Notes: generated by a model from the letters alone, not told the origin. Counted from the whole stretch's first letter, positions 9,064 through 19,414 are shown. The stretch: DNA of 63,275 nt, filler included, from Stramenopiles sp. TOSAG23-3 (GCA_900128585.1; 12 parts of 12 records of this genome joined end to end with filler, not necessarily neighbours in it), one strand, 5' to 3'. Program-made: numbers and translations.

Positions 9064-9897
9064 AACGGCACGGATAAAAATGTGTATGAATTTGTTTTTG
9101 TAACTACACGCTCGCGCGTGTGTTTCCCCCCCCCCCCCCCCCCCCCCGCGCGCATCGTCTGATTTCTTCGTTTTCTCTCCTGGTTCGACCAACTGTACAC
9201 ACAAAATATTCATAACCATTTCTTCGAGGCGCTCGAAGCGGGTTTGAAACTCGTCGCTTGCAGATTTTTCAAGGCTCCATATATCTTCGCTTTCAGCGTC
9301 TTCTGGCATCTCTTTACGGCAAAATGGGCACGAGGACTGCCGTGAACGCCATGCCGTGAAGCAGTCTTGGCAGAACCCATGGGAACAACCCAGCACGATC
9401 TCCTTTTTTTTCCCCATGCAAATGACACATTCGTTTTCAACAGTGAGCTCGTCTTCCACACTTTTGGAAACGGTTGCGGCGCTGGTACTACACTCTTGGG
9501 GAGTCGCCTCCCCGGAATTCTTTGGCGGCAATGGGATGCCTTTTAACTCTAAAAGCAGCACGAACGCCTTATAAAATTGCGCAATAGAGATGAAACCTTG
9601 GAACACCGTTCCCCGTGCCCCCAGCGAGCTCTTAGTCGTTTTTGGAACAATAACTATTTTTACTCTCGTGTTGTTTGCGAACTGCCACACTACGGGCAAA
9701 AACTCATCGGGCACGCTTTTCTTTACAACAAGCGAAAACTTTAGGGCGTGGTGCTTCAGCCTCAACGTGGAAAAACTATTTACAATGGCCACGTCGGCCT
9801 GGAGTTTCTTCCAGGTTTTCCATTCCGCGGCCGCTCGTTTGCACAATACTTTGTTGACCGGGGTACTGCTCTGCTGGGACGACTGCTTGTTTCCCAT
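8917..9897 (-). CDS. N-myristoylated C3HC4 RING E3 ligase, RNF141-like; true C-terminus uncertain because of a C homopolymer near 9126-9147
   Basis: MGNKQSS N-terminus; RING CVICMGKKKEIVLGCSHGFCQDCFTAW...CPFCR. Confidence 0.8.
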   Translation of the reverse strand: MGNKQSSQQSSTPVNKVLCKRAAAEWKTWKKLQADVAIVNSFSTLRLKHHALKFSLVVKKSVPDEFLPVVWQFANNTRVKIVIVPKTTKSSLGARGTVFQGFISIAQFYKAFVLLLELKGIPLPPKNSGEATPQECSTSAATVSKSVEDELTVENECVICMGKKKEIVLGCSHGFCQDCFTAWRSRQSSCPFCRKEMPEDAESEDIWSLEKSASDEFQTRFERLEEMVMNILCVQLVEPGEKTKKSDDARGGGGGGGETHARACSYKNKFIHIFIRAVLHYSTNTALVWVHPRRFHCFLDVLPGLRVGRDHIPKPLEFFFLHLHFR

Positions 9898-11158
9898 TTT
9901 ACCGAGGCAGCTGCTGAAGTATATAGAAACCTGTTGAAAGGGTATTTGATGAATGTATTTAAACGCCGTCTATTAAAGTAAAGCAAATACTTTGGTAGAA
10001 CAGAACATCGTTGTTTTCAGTGCTAAAAGGATACACGAATGTCAATACTTCGAGTCGGCAAAAGGGAGAGGTGTGGCGACGAGAAGGAGTTCAGTATTAT
10101 TATTAATTAATACTACATTCGCGGTTGTTTGTACCACCTGGTGGTACCTCGTAATAATAATATATACCGTAATAGTAGTTATAGTAGTAGTAGTATCTTT
10201 ATTTTTATATTTTGATGAGAGTGAAGGAAGAAAGAAGAAGGAAGGAGCGAGTTGTTTTTTGGTCTATGCTATTCCTATGCATATTGGGGTTTTGTTGTGT
10301 TCTTCTTTGTGTGTTGGGTAAGAATATATGAAGTTAGGGTTAGGGTTATGAAAGGAGAAATGAAATTCATGTTGAATATTTAAATAGCTAACTCTTTATT
10401 CTAGTCTATTCATTATTTATAGTTTATTTTGAGATTTGAGCCTGATTAATAAATAGTATAAATATATTTAGTACTTATATTTATAATACTCCTATCATAT
10501 TAAATGGTTCAATAACCCTAATCCTAACTTATCCTCTCTCTTTTTTTCTTTCTTCTTTCTTTCAGACTGGTTGGAGGCTGTGGTCCCTTCCTTTCTTTGA
10601 TATTAATTAATACAGTGTAATAGTATCTAAGTTTTCTTCCTTTTTTATTTTATTAAAATCCTATTGTTAAGCCTTGGTTTTTATTTTTTTATTCTTTTGA
10701 ATGAATCAGAACCACCCTTTTCTCTTTTCTTTCTTTTTTTCTTTTTTTTTTTTTTTAATTTTATTTTAATTGGTACTACTACTACTATTACTACTACACC
10801 AAAAAAAAAAAAAAAGGATTTTAAAACTATCGATGCTATGTATATGTTAAGTTTGAAAATTTTGAATAATACTATTAATATAATCAGAGCATAGGGAACA
10901 CTATTAATTTCAACTAGGGAGGAGGCATTTAAAGTATCTTCTTTTTTCTTCTTCTTTCTTTTTTTACTAGAAAAATGTGCCACCTCCTCTATGCTATTAA
11001 ATGTATATTGTAATTCAATTTTTTATTTTTCAATATAATAATTTTTTGTCTAATTTTGGTTTTAAACAATTGTACAATGGATGTAAGAGTTACGAAAGAA
11101 AGATCAATCTCGTGGTATTCATAGAGAAGGAGGACACAGTGAATTTTAAATCGTGGTA

Positions 11159-11237
11159 AGGAACATAATAGAGACTATATTATATACAAATAGGGAACGA
11201 ATAAAACAAAAAAGAAAAACTGACGACATTTTGAATT
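11159..11237 (-). repeat. Right copy of the 79-bp inverted repeat at the end of contig 2
   Basis: Reverse complement of 5672-5750. Confidence 0.95.
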
Positions 11238-11440
11238 NNNNNNNNNNNNNNNNNNNNNNNNNNNNNNNNNNNNNNNNNNNNTTAATTAATTAANNNNNNN
11301 NNNNNNNNNNNNNNNNNNNNNNNNNNNNNNNNNNNNNTTTAAGTAATTAAATTTAGCTTCGTCGTACCCTAATCCTAACTTGATTCTGTAATTTCGTCTC
11401 ATTGATGGTTGTCAATTAAAAAAAAAAATTACTATATTAA

Positions 11441-11609
11441 AATAACAGCCAATTTTTCTTGTTAAATATCAGCCAATTTTTTGTTTTTAAAAACAATATG
11501 CCACCATCTTTCCCTAACTCAAGTTATTTTATTCTGGCGGCTAAATCTAGATTTCAGTTCGCAGTACATTTTAATATTAATTACTTAAATAACAGCCAAT
11601 TTTCTTGTT
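11441..11609 (-). promoter_or_regulatory. Three copies of a candidate 3'-UTR element AACAA(G)AAAATTGGCTG(TTATT)
   Basis: Copies at 11441, 11470 and 11588; the last overlaps the stop codon. 11577-11609 is 33/33 identical to 51016-51048. Confidence 0.5.
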
Positions 11610-14145
11610 AGTGTTTACTTTTTCCGTCATCTTTCGATGCAGCCGCCTTCAGAATCCCCGCTCGGGTTTGAGAATGTTTTTCTATCGACCGCTGTCGTAT
11701 TTGTTTCCTAGCCCGTTCGTGTGGGCCATCTTTTACTTCATGAGCCTGGTAATTACCATCAATCTTTAGGAGGGCCTCCATTTTTCGAGTTGAAGCTTCT
11801 AACTGTTCCATTCTCTTGACAACCAACGTCGGCATATGCCTTACCAATAGTGATGGGTCGTCCAATTCCCAATCTGCTGGGTGGTGCCCAAACCTTCCGT
11901 GGTAATCTGATTGATAGTTATTGTCCGATTTTACGTAGAAATAAGACAACAGCAACAAGAAATTTCCGAAAACTGAATATCTTATAAACACGTAGAGCTC
12001 TTGGTCGTCTTCATCAACCCTATTTTGAATATATGGTGCCGCGACGCTGATCCATTTCGTCATAATTGCTGCTCCCTGAAATCCAATTGCGATGGAAATT
12101 AAAACAGTTAAAAAATCAACGATACCCTCGACTCGCTGTTTCACGCCAATCCACATCCGCGCGACCTGGTCACATATGAAACAAGCCCCGTATAGAAAAT
12201 GGAGAACGGTGTCTGTGACCACAAATACAGTTAGGGCAGGCTGGTCTTTAATTTCCCAAAACGAAAAGATAGCCAAACTATAGAGGAAGAGAATTAGAGG
12301 TATAAACCCGGCATATACAAGCACGCGTTTTAATGCGTAAGCAAGGCTAGTTTGAATCGGTCCCTCTAGCCGCAAAGTGTGTACCCATTTCCACCAATCG
12401 CCTACTCGAAGGACGAGGACAGACACAAAAACACCACCTAAGCTCGATGGAAGCCCTAGAACGATTGCTCGCAATAATAACGAGGAATCTTTCGACAAAT
12501 AGATGTACTTTTCAACTACTAATGGTTCCACGATGCCTAAAGGGATTACGACAAATACTAAGAAGTAAAGTCCTGCTGGCTTTGCAATAGCTTTGATTGC
12601 ATTAGGCATTACATTTACAAAAAGGCGCACAACGTGAAATAAAACAAAAAAGGACGGATAACCAACAATAAAAGCAAACATTGTTGATTCTCCTACACCA
12701 GCGTCAATATCTTGGCTTCTAATCCAATTTATTTCTTCAACATATATTGGCAATAAAATTACAATTGGCACGAAGAAGAAGAAAAACCATACGAGCCAAA
12801 ACCGCCACGGTTCGACGCGATATCCTTCGTAAAACCTTATTGCGCGCCGCTCGCCCGACGTAACTATCCCTGTGCCAATGCTCCAATATGGATATTCATA
12901 TATCATCCATCGCGGCCAACGCAAACTCTTCGACAACTGATCGTCCAGATCTCTCTGTGTGCGCTTTGCTAAATCGAGGCTCTCTTTTGTTCTAAATCGT
13001 TCCGGTATTTCTACCGGCACCAGAGTCCAAAACAGGCCAACTGCAAGTAACCAAAAAAATGGAGGGACGATGGAAAACATATAAAGCAACATTCTTGCAT
13101 CTCGCGTAGACATTGATGATATAAAAAAATCATCTGGAGCACGATAATAGCACACAAGGCCAACCACCAATGGTAATACGAAAACCAGACAGGTCAAAAA
13201 TGACCACATTATTACATTTTTCGTACAAACAGACCAAAATAGTTTGCTGCAGAATCCAGTAGGCTTTTTTCCAAAATCACTTGTGGATTGCTTTTGAACC
13301 GGGCGCTGCTCCACTTCCCGGTTTTTGTACCATTTATGGACACTCTTTGCACCGGTAAACGTCATAAATACAACATAAAATGACGGCAATATCATTGTAC
13401 AGACGATCCATACAGTTTTACCAGTTTTACCATCAATGTCTAGGCTAACTTTTAGTCTATCCTGTGTCCAAATCGGCAGTAACACTCCCAACGGTATGAC
13501 AACGAAAGTAAAAAACGCAAAAATTTGCCATAGTAAGTGTTTTCTGCAAACACGAGGTTTTAACAACTTTGGTTTTTGTTCATCGTCGTCCATAAATTGT
13601 AGTTTTTTACACTGTGGGACGCACTTGCTGCAGATATCTCGAACACGAGGACAAGTTGGGTCAAAGAAGTAATATTTTTTTTCCAACTGATTCTCAATGT
13701 TAGGCATGCTACTATTCTTGATACGCTCCCTCTCTACATTCTGAGGATTCTTTAGGTTTTGTTCCCATTGAGAATGACGCTTCTGAATATAGTCTGTGTA
13801 CGCATTTTTTATGTTAGAAAAGAAGATAAAATTCCCAAAAGTTAAAAACCAAATGAATGGCGGCCAAACACCAAAATTGTATACCAAGCTGTATGCTGTT
13901 TCTTCTGGAACGCAGTACCACGCGTCCTTTATACCGCCACCAGTTTCAATGCAAATTGGGATTTTTTTAGGAGACACAAACGACGATTCATTAGTTGCCC
14001 ACAACGGAAGCAACACGCTCAAAGGGAAGCAAAAGAACAACAAGAACGAAGTCCAAAATTTCTTGTTCTTTACAAAATCATATCGCCTTGCAAGTACTTC
14101 ATGCAACTCCTCGTCAGGGAGGGTGGCTTCTTTCGGCAAAGACAT
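11608..14145 (-). CDS. Uncharacterised polytopic membrane protein with five internal two-TM repeats
   Basis: Long ORF (first ATG at 14145, MSLPKE) with many hydrophobic segments and a repeated F..P(L/I)...LP.W ... P(P/S)F pattern. Confidence 0.85.
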   Translation of the reverse strand: MSLPKEATLPDEELHEVLARRYDFVKNKKFWTSFLLFFCFPLSVLLPLWATNESSFVSPKKIPICIETGGGIKDAWYCVPEETAYSLVYNFGVWPPFIWFLTFGNFIFFSNIKNAYTDYIQKRHSQWEQNLKNPQNVERERIKNSSMPNIENQLEKKYYFFDPTCPRVRDICSKCVPQCKKLQFMDDDEQKPKLLKPRVCRKHLLWQIFAFFTFVVIPLGVLLPIWTQDRLKVSLDIDGKTGKTVWIVCTMILPSFYVVFMTFTGAKSVHKWYKNREVEQRPVQKQSTSDFGKKPTGFCSKLFWSVCTKNVIMWSFLTCLVFVLPLVVGLVCYYRAPDDFFISSMSTRDARMLLYMFSIVPPFFWLLAVGLFWTLVPVEIPERFRTKESLDLAKRTQRDLDDQLSKSLRWPRWMIYEYPYWSIGTGIVTSGERRAIRFYEGYRVEPWRFWLVWFFFFFVPIVILLPIYVEEINWIRSQDIDAGVGESTMFAFIVGYPSFFVLFHVVRLFVNVMPNAIKAIAKPAGLYFLVFVVIPLGIVEPLVVEKYIYLSKDSSLLLRAIVLGLPSSLGGVFVSVLVLRVGDWWKWVHTLRLEGPIQTSLAYALKRVLVYAGFIPLILFLYSLAIFSFWEIKDQPALTVFVVTDTVLHFLYGACFICDQVARMWIGVKQRVEGIVDFLTVLISIAIGFQGAAIMTKWISVAAPYIQNRVDEDDQELYVFIRYSVFGNFLLLLSYFYVKSDNNYQSDYHGRFGHHPADWELDDPSLLVRHMPTLVVKRMEQLEASTRKMEALLKIDGNYQAHEVKDGPHERARKQIRQRSIEKHSQTRAGILKAAASKDDGKSKH

Positions 14146-14298
14146 CAAGTCTAATGATATGCAACAGAAAGTATTCAAATTATGTCTCGAAAAACATTGT
14201 CAAAAAATTATCTAGACTTTCTGTTAATCTCTCAACGATAACTAAGATGCACACTAAACCTGAACCGGTATGGCCCAAAATCTGCATGCACTTTGAAC

Positions 14299-14395
14299 TT
14301 TCTTCTTTCTTTTTCTTTTTCTTTTTCTTTTTCTTCTTCTTCTTCTTCTTCTTCTTCCTTCTTCTTCTTCTTCTTCTTCTTCTTCTTCTTCTTCC
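14299..14395. repeat. Polypyrimidine (TTTTTC)n/(TTC)n microsatellite
   Basis: Seen directly. Confidence 0.95.
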
Positions 14396-14602
14396 TGTTT
14401 AGTACCGGTGTGTACCTGTATTTTTAATTTTGTTCCTTTTCGTACTACGCGCAGTAGAGGGCTATTAGCCAGGTATTAATATTACTAAGTATTGGAATCA
14501 ACTAAAAAAAAGAAAAAAACTCCCATTTTGAACACCGATATAGTGCTGTGTGTATGTAAATACTGTATTAGAGATTAACAGATTTTTTTTACTACTCGTA
14601 CG

Positions 14603-16612
14603 TTAAGATTTGGCTCCCAGTCCGTATTTCTTTCTCAGTCTATCGAATAGCAAGTCCTCCGAGTCGATGTAGAGTCGAGCAATCCGTCTCAACTTGGTGG
14701 TGTTTTGTGCTTTATTTGCCGCCAAGTGAGAAAACTTTCCGACACGGTTATAAAATCGCTTCAGGCGGCTTGTAATTCTTTTCACCAAAAACTCTGTTTC
14801 ACCAGGCTCTCTTAGAATTTTCATTTTACTTATCGCATCTCGTTCTTCCTCGGATGGGCCTTTGTTCTGATTTGCGAGGGCAGTGTTCTTTATCGCTTCT
14901 TCGTGCAATGCAATTTCTTTGCGAGCTAATGCTTCTTTTAAGTATTGATCAGCTTTATGGGTGGCAGCGCCAAACATCATAGCACAACCAGGGTCCCCAT
15001 GTTCAAACCCGTATTTCTTGCAGTACTTCAGCCCTAAGCGATTAAAGCACTTTGAGTAGAATATAGGAGTGTGCTCGTCCACATGTTGGCATGGGTGATG
15101 CGGATGACACGGGGAAAACGATACATTTCTCCAAAAGTTACATTCTTCTGATATTTCTATTTGGTGCTGCTTGCGCGCTTCCACTTGCTGCAAATGCCCC
15201 TTTTGTGCAGCCTCGTCGAAATGACGATGAACGTAGTCATGTCGGTGTATTCTTTTGTCTACTTCGTCGTTCTCGTCGTCCGGGCGACCAATGTTACCTT
15301 TCCCATACAAATACATTTCGTGCAACGACTTTTTTGTGCTGTCCCAATCGACCATGTAATTGCCTTGTCCATATTCTTTCCCTAGTTTTTTTTCGCTGTC
15401 TTTCAGGGTATCCATCCATTGGTCTTCCGTTGGAACTTCGTCCTTGTAAATGCCAGATGCAATAGTTTCTTCAATTTTTTTATGATCTTCGGAGTCGTAT
15501 TCGTTCCAATCAGTCTCTAACCCAAAAAATTTCTTTATCCCAACTATAGAGTAGGTCTTCAGTAGAATATCATTACACAAATGGTGCATGGTAATGGTAT
15601 GGTTGCCAGAACCGACAATTTTATCTACGTCTTTCATTCTGAACTTATCGTGATGTTTAAAAAATAAGCGAAGCTTAAGCTTTAAGTCTATGGACTGAAG
15701 CGCCTTTAACTGGTCTTGCCCATACTCCTCTTCACTGTGCGACGTTGTGTCTTGGACAAAATACTTTCTTATCGCTGGTTTGCCATAAACTTCTTGCAAC
15801 CGCTCAGACAATTTTGACATACTTCTATGATCACCGGGAAAAATGTATTTCTTCATAATATTTGGAATCGTCGGTATTCGTTCAGGGTTCACTTCTTCGT
15901 AAAACTTTCTCAGCCTTGTTTCAATAGCTTCCAGTTCGTCATAAACAAGTTTTGCCCTCTCGCTATCTGGTTTCACACCATGCGGCAGCCTGTGCAACAC
16001 AGCTTTCTTGAACATCACTTTGTACTCTTCTGATGATATATGCCGTTGCAGTTTCGTCTTCTTCTTCTTTTTATCTGTATGTTTTTTATGCTTATCTTTT
16101 TTCCATGCATGCCTATTTCTTTCGGATCCGGACTGGTGTGATTTCTCCCCGTCCGCACCGGACGATTTTTCCTCCACCGCAGGCGCAGAGTTAACTTTAT
16201 GCGCCGCCAACGATTTCTCCTCTACTAAATGATGCACGGTATTGCGGCTGTTGGTCATTTCGTTAGTTTTTGAAGAGCTCAGTGTGTTTGACAGTGGGTG
16301 CAAAGATTTGCTTTGACTGCTTTTTTGCCACGCTTTGGTCGAGCTTGATCCAGACATTTTAGTCGTTGCTTTAGTTCCTTTCACCACTGGGGTCGACTTT
16401 ATATTCTTTGGATACCCTATATTTCTTATTATCACTATATACATTAGGATTAAGCAAGAAAATGCAGCCGCCCCTAGAACCAAGTGCTTCCAGGAACGAT
16501 TGCGACTCCCGTACCGTGTATAGTAACGCCCCATTCGTCTGTCCTTTCCATTATTAGACGTGCTTAGAAAAGGCCTTCGGTACTCCTTCGACCAATTCCG
16601 CCTTTGGACCAT
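14603..16612 (-). CDS. Type II membrane protein with three RLxxFY...LxxxY helical repeats and a Cys-rich segment
   Basis: 669 aa with one N-terminal TM (HLVLGAAAFSCLILMYIVII). Repeats RLRKFYEEVNPERIP, KLRLFFKHHDK and RLKRFYNRV...LLFDRLRKKYG. Confidence 0.8.
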   Translation of the reverse strand: MVQRRNWSKEYRRPFLSTSNNGKDRRMGRYYTRYGSRNRSWKHLVLGAAAFSCLILMYIVIIRNIGYPKNIKSTPVVKGTKATTKMSGSSSTKAWQKSSQSKSLHPLSNTLSSSKTNEMTNSRNTVHHLVEEKSLAAHKVNSAPAVEEKSSGADGEKSHQSGSERNRHAWKKDKHKKHTDKKKKKTKLQRHISSEEYKVMFKKAVLHRLPHGVKPDSERAKLVYDELEAIETRLRKFYEEVNPERIPTIPNIMKKYIFPGDHRSMSKLSERLQEVYGKPAIRKYFVQDTTSHSEEEYGQDQLKALQSIDLKLKLRLFFKHHDKFRMKDVDKIVGSGNHTITMHHLCNDILLKTYSIVGIKKFFGLETDWNEYDSEDHKKIEETIASGIYKDEVPTEDQWMDTLKDSEKKLGKEYGQGNYMVDWDSTKKSLHEMYLYGKGNIGRPDDENDEVDKRIHRHDYVHRHFDEAAQKGHLQQVEARKQHQIEISEECNFWRNVSFSPCHPHHPCQHVDEHTPIFYSKCFNRLGLKYCKKYGFEHGDPGCAMMFGAATHKADQYLKEALARKEIALHEEAIKNTALANQNKGPSEEERDAISKMKILREPGETEFLVKRITSRLKRFYNRVGKFSHLAANKAQNTTKLRRIARLYIDSEDLLFDRLRKKYGLGAKS

Positions 16613-17004
16613 CTCGAACTAAATTGTGAAAGGCTTATCTTATTCCGGCCCTTCCAGACTTTAGTCTCGCTGTAAAAATGTGATGTAAATTTCCCATATG
16701 CATTTGTACTCTTGGGATATTTCCGTTAGGACACGTAAATTGAACTGTTGACATCGCACGTTTTATAAATCATAATACTCCTCGTATTCTTTTTTTGCTC
16801 ACTCATGTGACTCATGAATACTGAACACTTCGTAGATCATTACAAAATTACTAGACACTATTAAATACCGTACTGTACATTTTAAGAAAAAAATTAGTAT
16901 TANNNNNNNNNNNNNNNNNNNNNNNNNNNNNNNNNNNNNNNNNNNNTTAATTAATTAANNNNNNNNNNNNNNNNNNNNNNNNNNNNNNNNNNNNNNNNNN
17001 NNCG

Positions 17005-17319
17005 CCCCAGTGCGTTGAAATGCTCGTACCACAAGCCGAGGCAAAATTAATGATGATGGCGAAAGACTTCGTTGTGAATGGCGACTCATGCGAAGATCTC
17101 GGTTTCCCCGAGCTTGCACGAACTTTGGACATATTCGTAAAGTCAATGGAAGATAAGCCTCGCTTGCGAGGAAAAGTCGCTGATGAGGCTCGCATGAAAA
17201 GGCTCGTTGCCCAAAAAAACTTTGACGAAGCCAGTGCGGAAGATGGGGGTGAAGAGGAGTATGTAGGAGGATTCTCCTTCTGCCCATCGCTCGGTGAATG
17301 GCGTCGGTGGTGCCCTTAA
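17005..17319 (+). CDS. 3' fragment of an unknown protein, truncated by the contig start
   Basis: Frame open from the contig edge with coding-like composition; followed by AT-rich sequence. Confidence 0.55.
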   Translation, partial: PQCVEMLVPQAEAKLMMMAKDFVVNGDSCEDLGFPELARTLDIFVKSMEDKPRLRGKVADEARMKRLVAQKNFDEASAEDGGEEEYVGGFSFCPSLGEWRRWCP

Positions 17320-17864
17320 CATTGTACTGGTCAGAGAGAGATAGTCTTAAATAGGAAATTATTTATTGAATACAAAAAGTATTATTAAAATTATGTATAC
17401 AAAAAGTAATAAAGTAGAGAGGTCAAAGCTAGGATGAGGAAGTTGACCACGGGTCATTTGACATCGACGCAAATCCACATCATACCAATTCGGATCACAT
17501 GCATGGAGTACGCCTGAGAATGATAGTCCAGACTAAGTGATAAGGGTATCATATCATAAATTGATTAGTAAAACCACAAGAGCGGAGATAAGTTCGCAGT
17601 ACATAAAGGAACGTAAACCTTTAATGGACAAAAGGAGCAGAGTCATTTTCGCGGTACACGAGGAAGATAAATTTTAACTACTTTTTAAAAACAAATTAAT
17701 ATTAGTATGTTTTAATACTGATCAAACATACTATATATTTTGTTTTTTAATACTGATCAAAAAAGAAAAAAGAAGGTAAACAAGTTTAACTCTACTTTTT
17801 ATCAACGCGGCTGTATGATATTATATCTTGGGAAAGGAAGACACTGAAGTCTTACGGACGACGG

Positions 17865-18620
17865 TCAGCAGCTCCATGAATCATATGTAACTACACCTGC
17901 AGCTTTGCAAGCATCATCAACGTACTTTCTGACAATTGGAGGCCATTTTACCTCCTTGACGCATGTGAGACGTCGTAAATCTGGCAAGTAGATGCAGTCA
18001 TTCATGTCGTATTTTTCACCTCCACTTAGGGTGAGAGTTGAGCTACTTTCATTTCTCTCTTCAAGGATTTCTGCGAGTCTATTGAGAGACTTTGCAACAG
18101 CTTCTTTTGTTTCATCTGACTTCGCCCAAGCAGCGTCGTAATCAAAACCTTTCTTTGTGTACTTGTTCATTTGGTAAGTCCTATCTGCCTCAGTGGCAAA
18201 GTCCACGGCGACCTCTGGCGGTAATTTGATAACGCGAGGACGTGTTAGTGTTTGATGAAGTGGTTGAAACTCCGACTCCCACTTCTTCAGTGTCTCGTCT
18301 ACACTTCGAGGACTTAGAGGATTTTCTTCCAGCCAACCATCAGCATTAAGTTTGCCAATAATATCTAGAGACTCGCGGAGCAGCTGCTTTTCTCCAGTTT
18401 GCTTATCGTTGAGCTCAAGTACAGGGAGTACTTTCTCCCCAGTAAGAGCCTTCGGGCCCTCAATGTCACCGTACCCGTAGAGCTTACGCTGGTAGTTGAC
18501 ATTTGCCCACCCGAGAGCCAGATCGACACGAATGCAGAAAGGGCAGTGGTCGTACAAGTGGAGCACCACCGAGTATGCACTACTACCACCTTTTCCCAAT
18601 CCTTTTCCTCCTCCAGACAT
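17865..18620 (-). CDS. grxB: Glutaredoxin 2 (GrxB-type, GST fold) with an N-terminal histone H4-like peptide
   Basis: LYDHCPFCIRV active site, LPVLE, ESLDII and LTRPR motifs, and C-terminal D..YLP.LR.LT.VK...WP..VR.Y typical of Grx2. Confidence 0.88.
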   Translation of the reverse strand: MSGGGKGLGKGGSSAYSVVLHLYDHCPFCIRVDLALGWANVNYQRKLYGYGDIEGPKALTGEKVLPVLELNDKQTGEKQLLRESLDIIGKLNADGWLEENPLSPRSVDETLKKWESEFQPLHQTLTRPRVIKLPPEVAVDFATEADRTYQMNKYTKKGFDYDAAWAKSDETKEAVAKSLNRLAEILEERNESSSTLTLSGGEKYDMNDCIYLPDLRRLTCVKEVKWPPIVRKYVDDACKAAGVVTYDSWSC

Positions 18621-19414
18621 TTTGTTTTTGTTTGTTTTAAAGTTTGTTCTGATTTGTTGTCAATATAATATTTGTTTGCTTTTACATATGGAATGGTAGA
18701 AATATAATCCAATTGAAGTTTTTTTTTTACAGCAACGAGTCAACGGAAGCTGGCGTGTGGAAACATACATCGGTATTGTAGTGTCGACAGGTTTCATCCA
18801 CGCACTTCAACATTTTTTCAGCGGGCAACGCCTTTCCATTGTAATACCACACAGCATGGACTTTCGTCAAGGATATTTTTATCAGCACTTTTTTTGGAAT
18901 AAAAAATAATAAATGAACGAGGATTCCTCTCATTATATTTTTTATAATACACACACTATGAGGTAATATTAGACTAATTAGTCTAGTCCTCGTAATAAAC
19001 GACGTGAGATTATTGCGCTGAAACAAAATTGTTAATATTAAATTATCCTTATTATATAGGTGCTGTGTATATATTATTAAATAATTTGTTGGATACAAAC
19101 ACAGCAGATTGATCAATTGATCGATCGCGATTCGCGATCCGATATATTTTTTATATACCGGTGTATAATAAAATACGAGAATCACGCACTGAATATATTT
19201 AATATTCCACATACCCACCTGGCAAGCGGTCCGTATTGTTCGTTTGGTTTCATTTTTTGTTTTGGGTATCATGTTCAAAAGCTTCGGGAAGAAAGGGGGA
19301 AAGAAGCCCCCGCCCGCAAAAAGTTAGGGTTATACACCAAAATTAAGTAGACTATCTAGTCGTCTAATTATTTATAAAATGAGAGTCTTTTTAGAGTCTA
19401 ACTATTTATATATC

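Noticed and set aside
19109-19143. Cluster of GATC/CGCG palindromes (GATCAATTGATC, GATCGCG-ATT-CGCGATC)
   Set aside because: Single occurrence of short palindromes; nothing supports a function.
18727-19278. 183-aa minus-strand ORF upstream of the glutaredoxin
   Set aside because: Mostly AT-rich intergenic sequence with I/L/Y/N-biased translation and no ATG context support; only the last ~50 codons look possibly coding.
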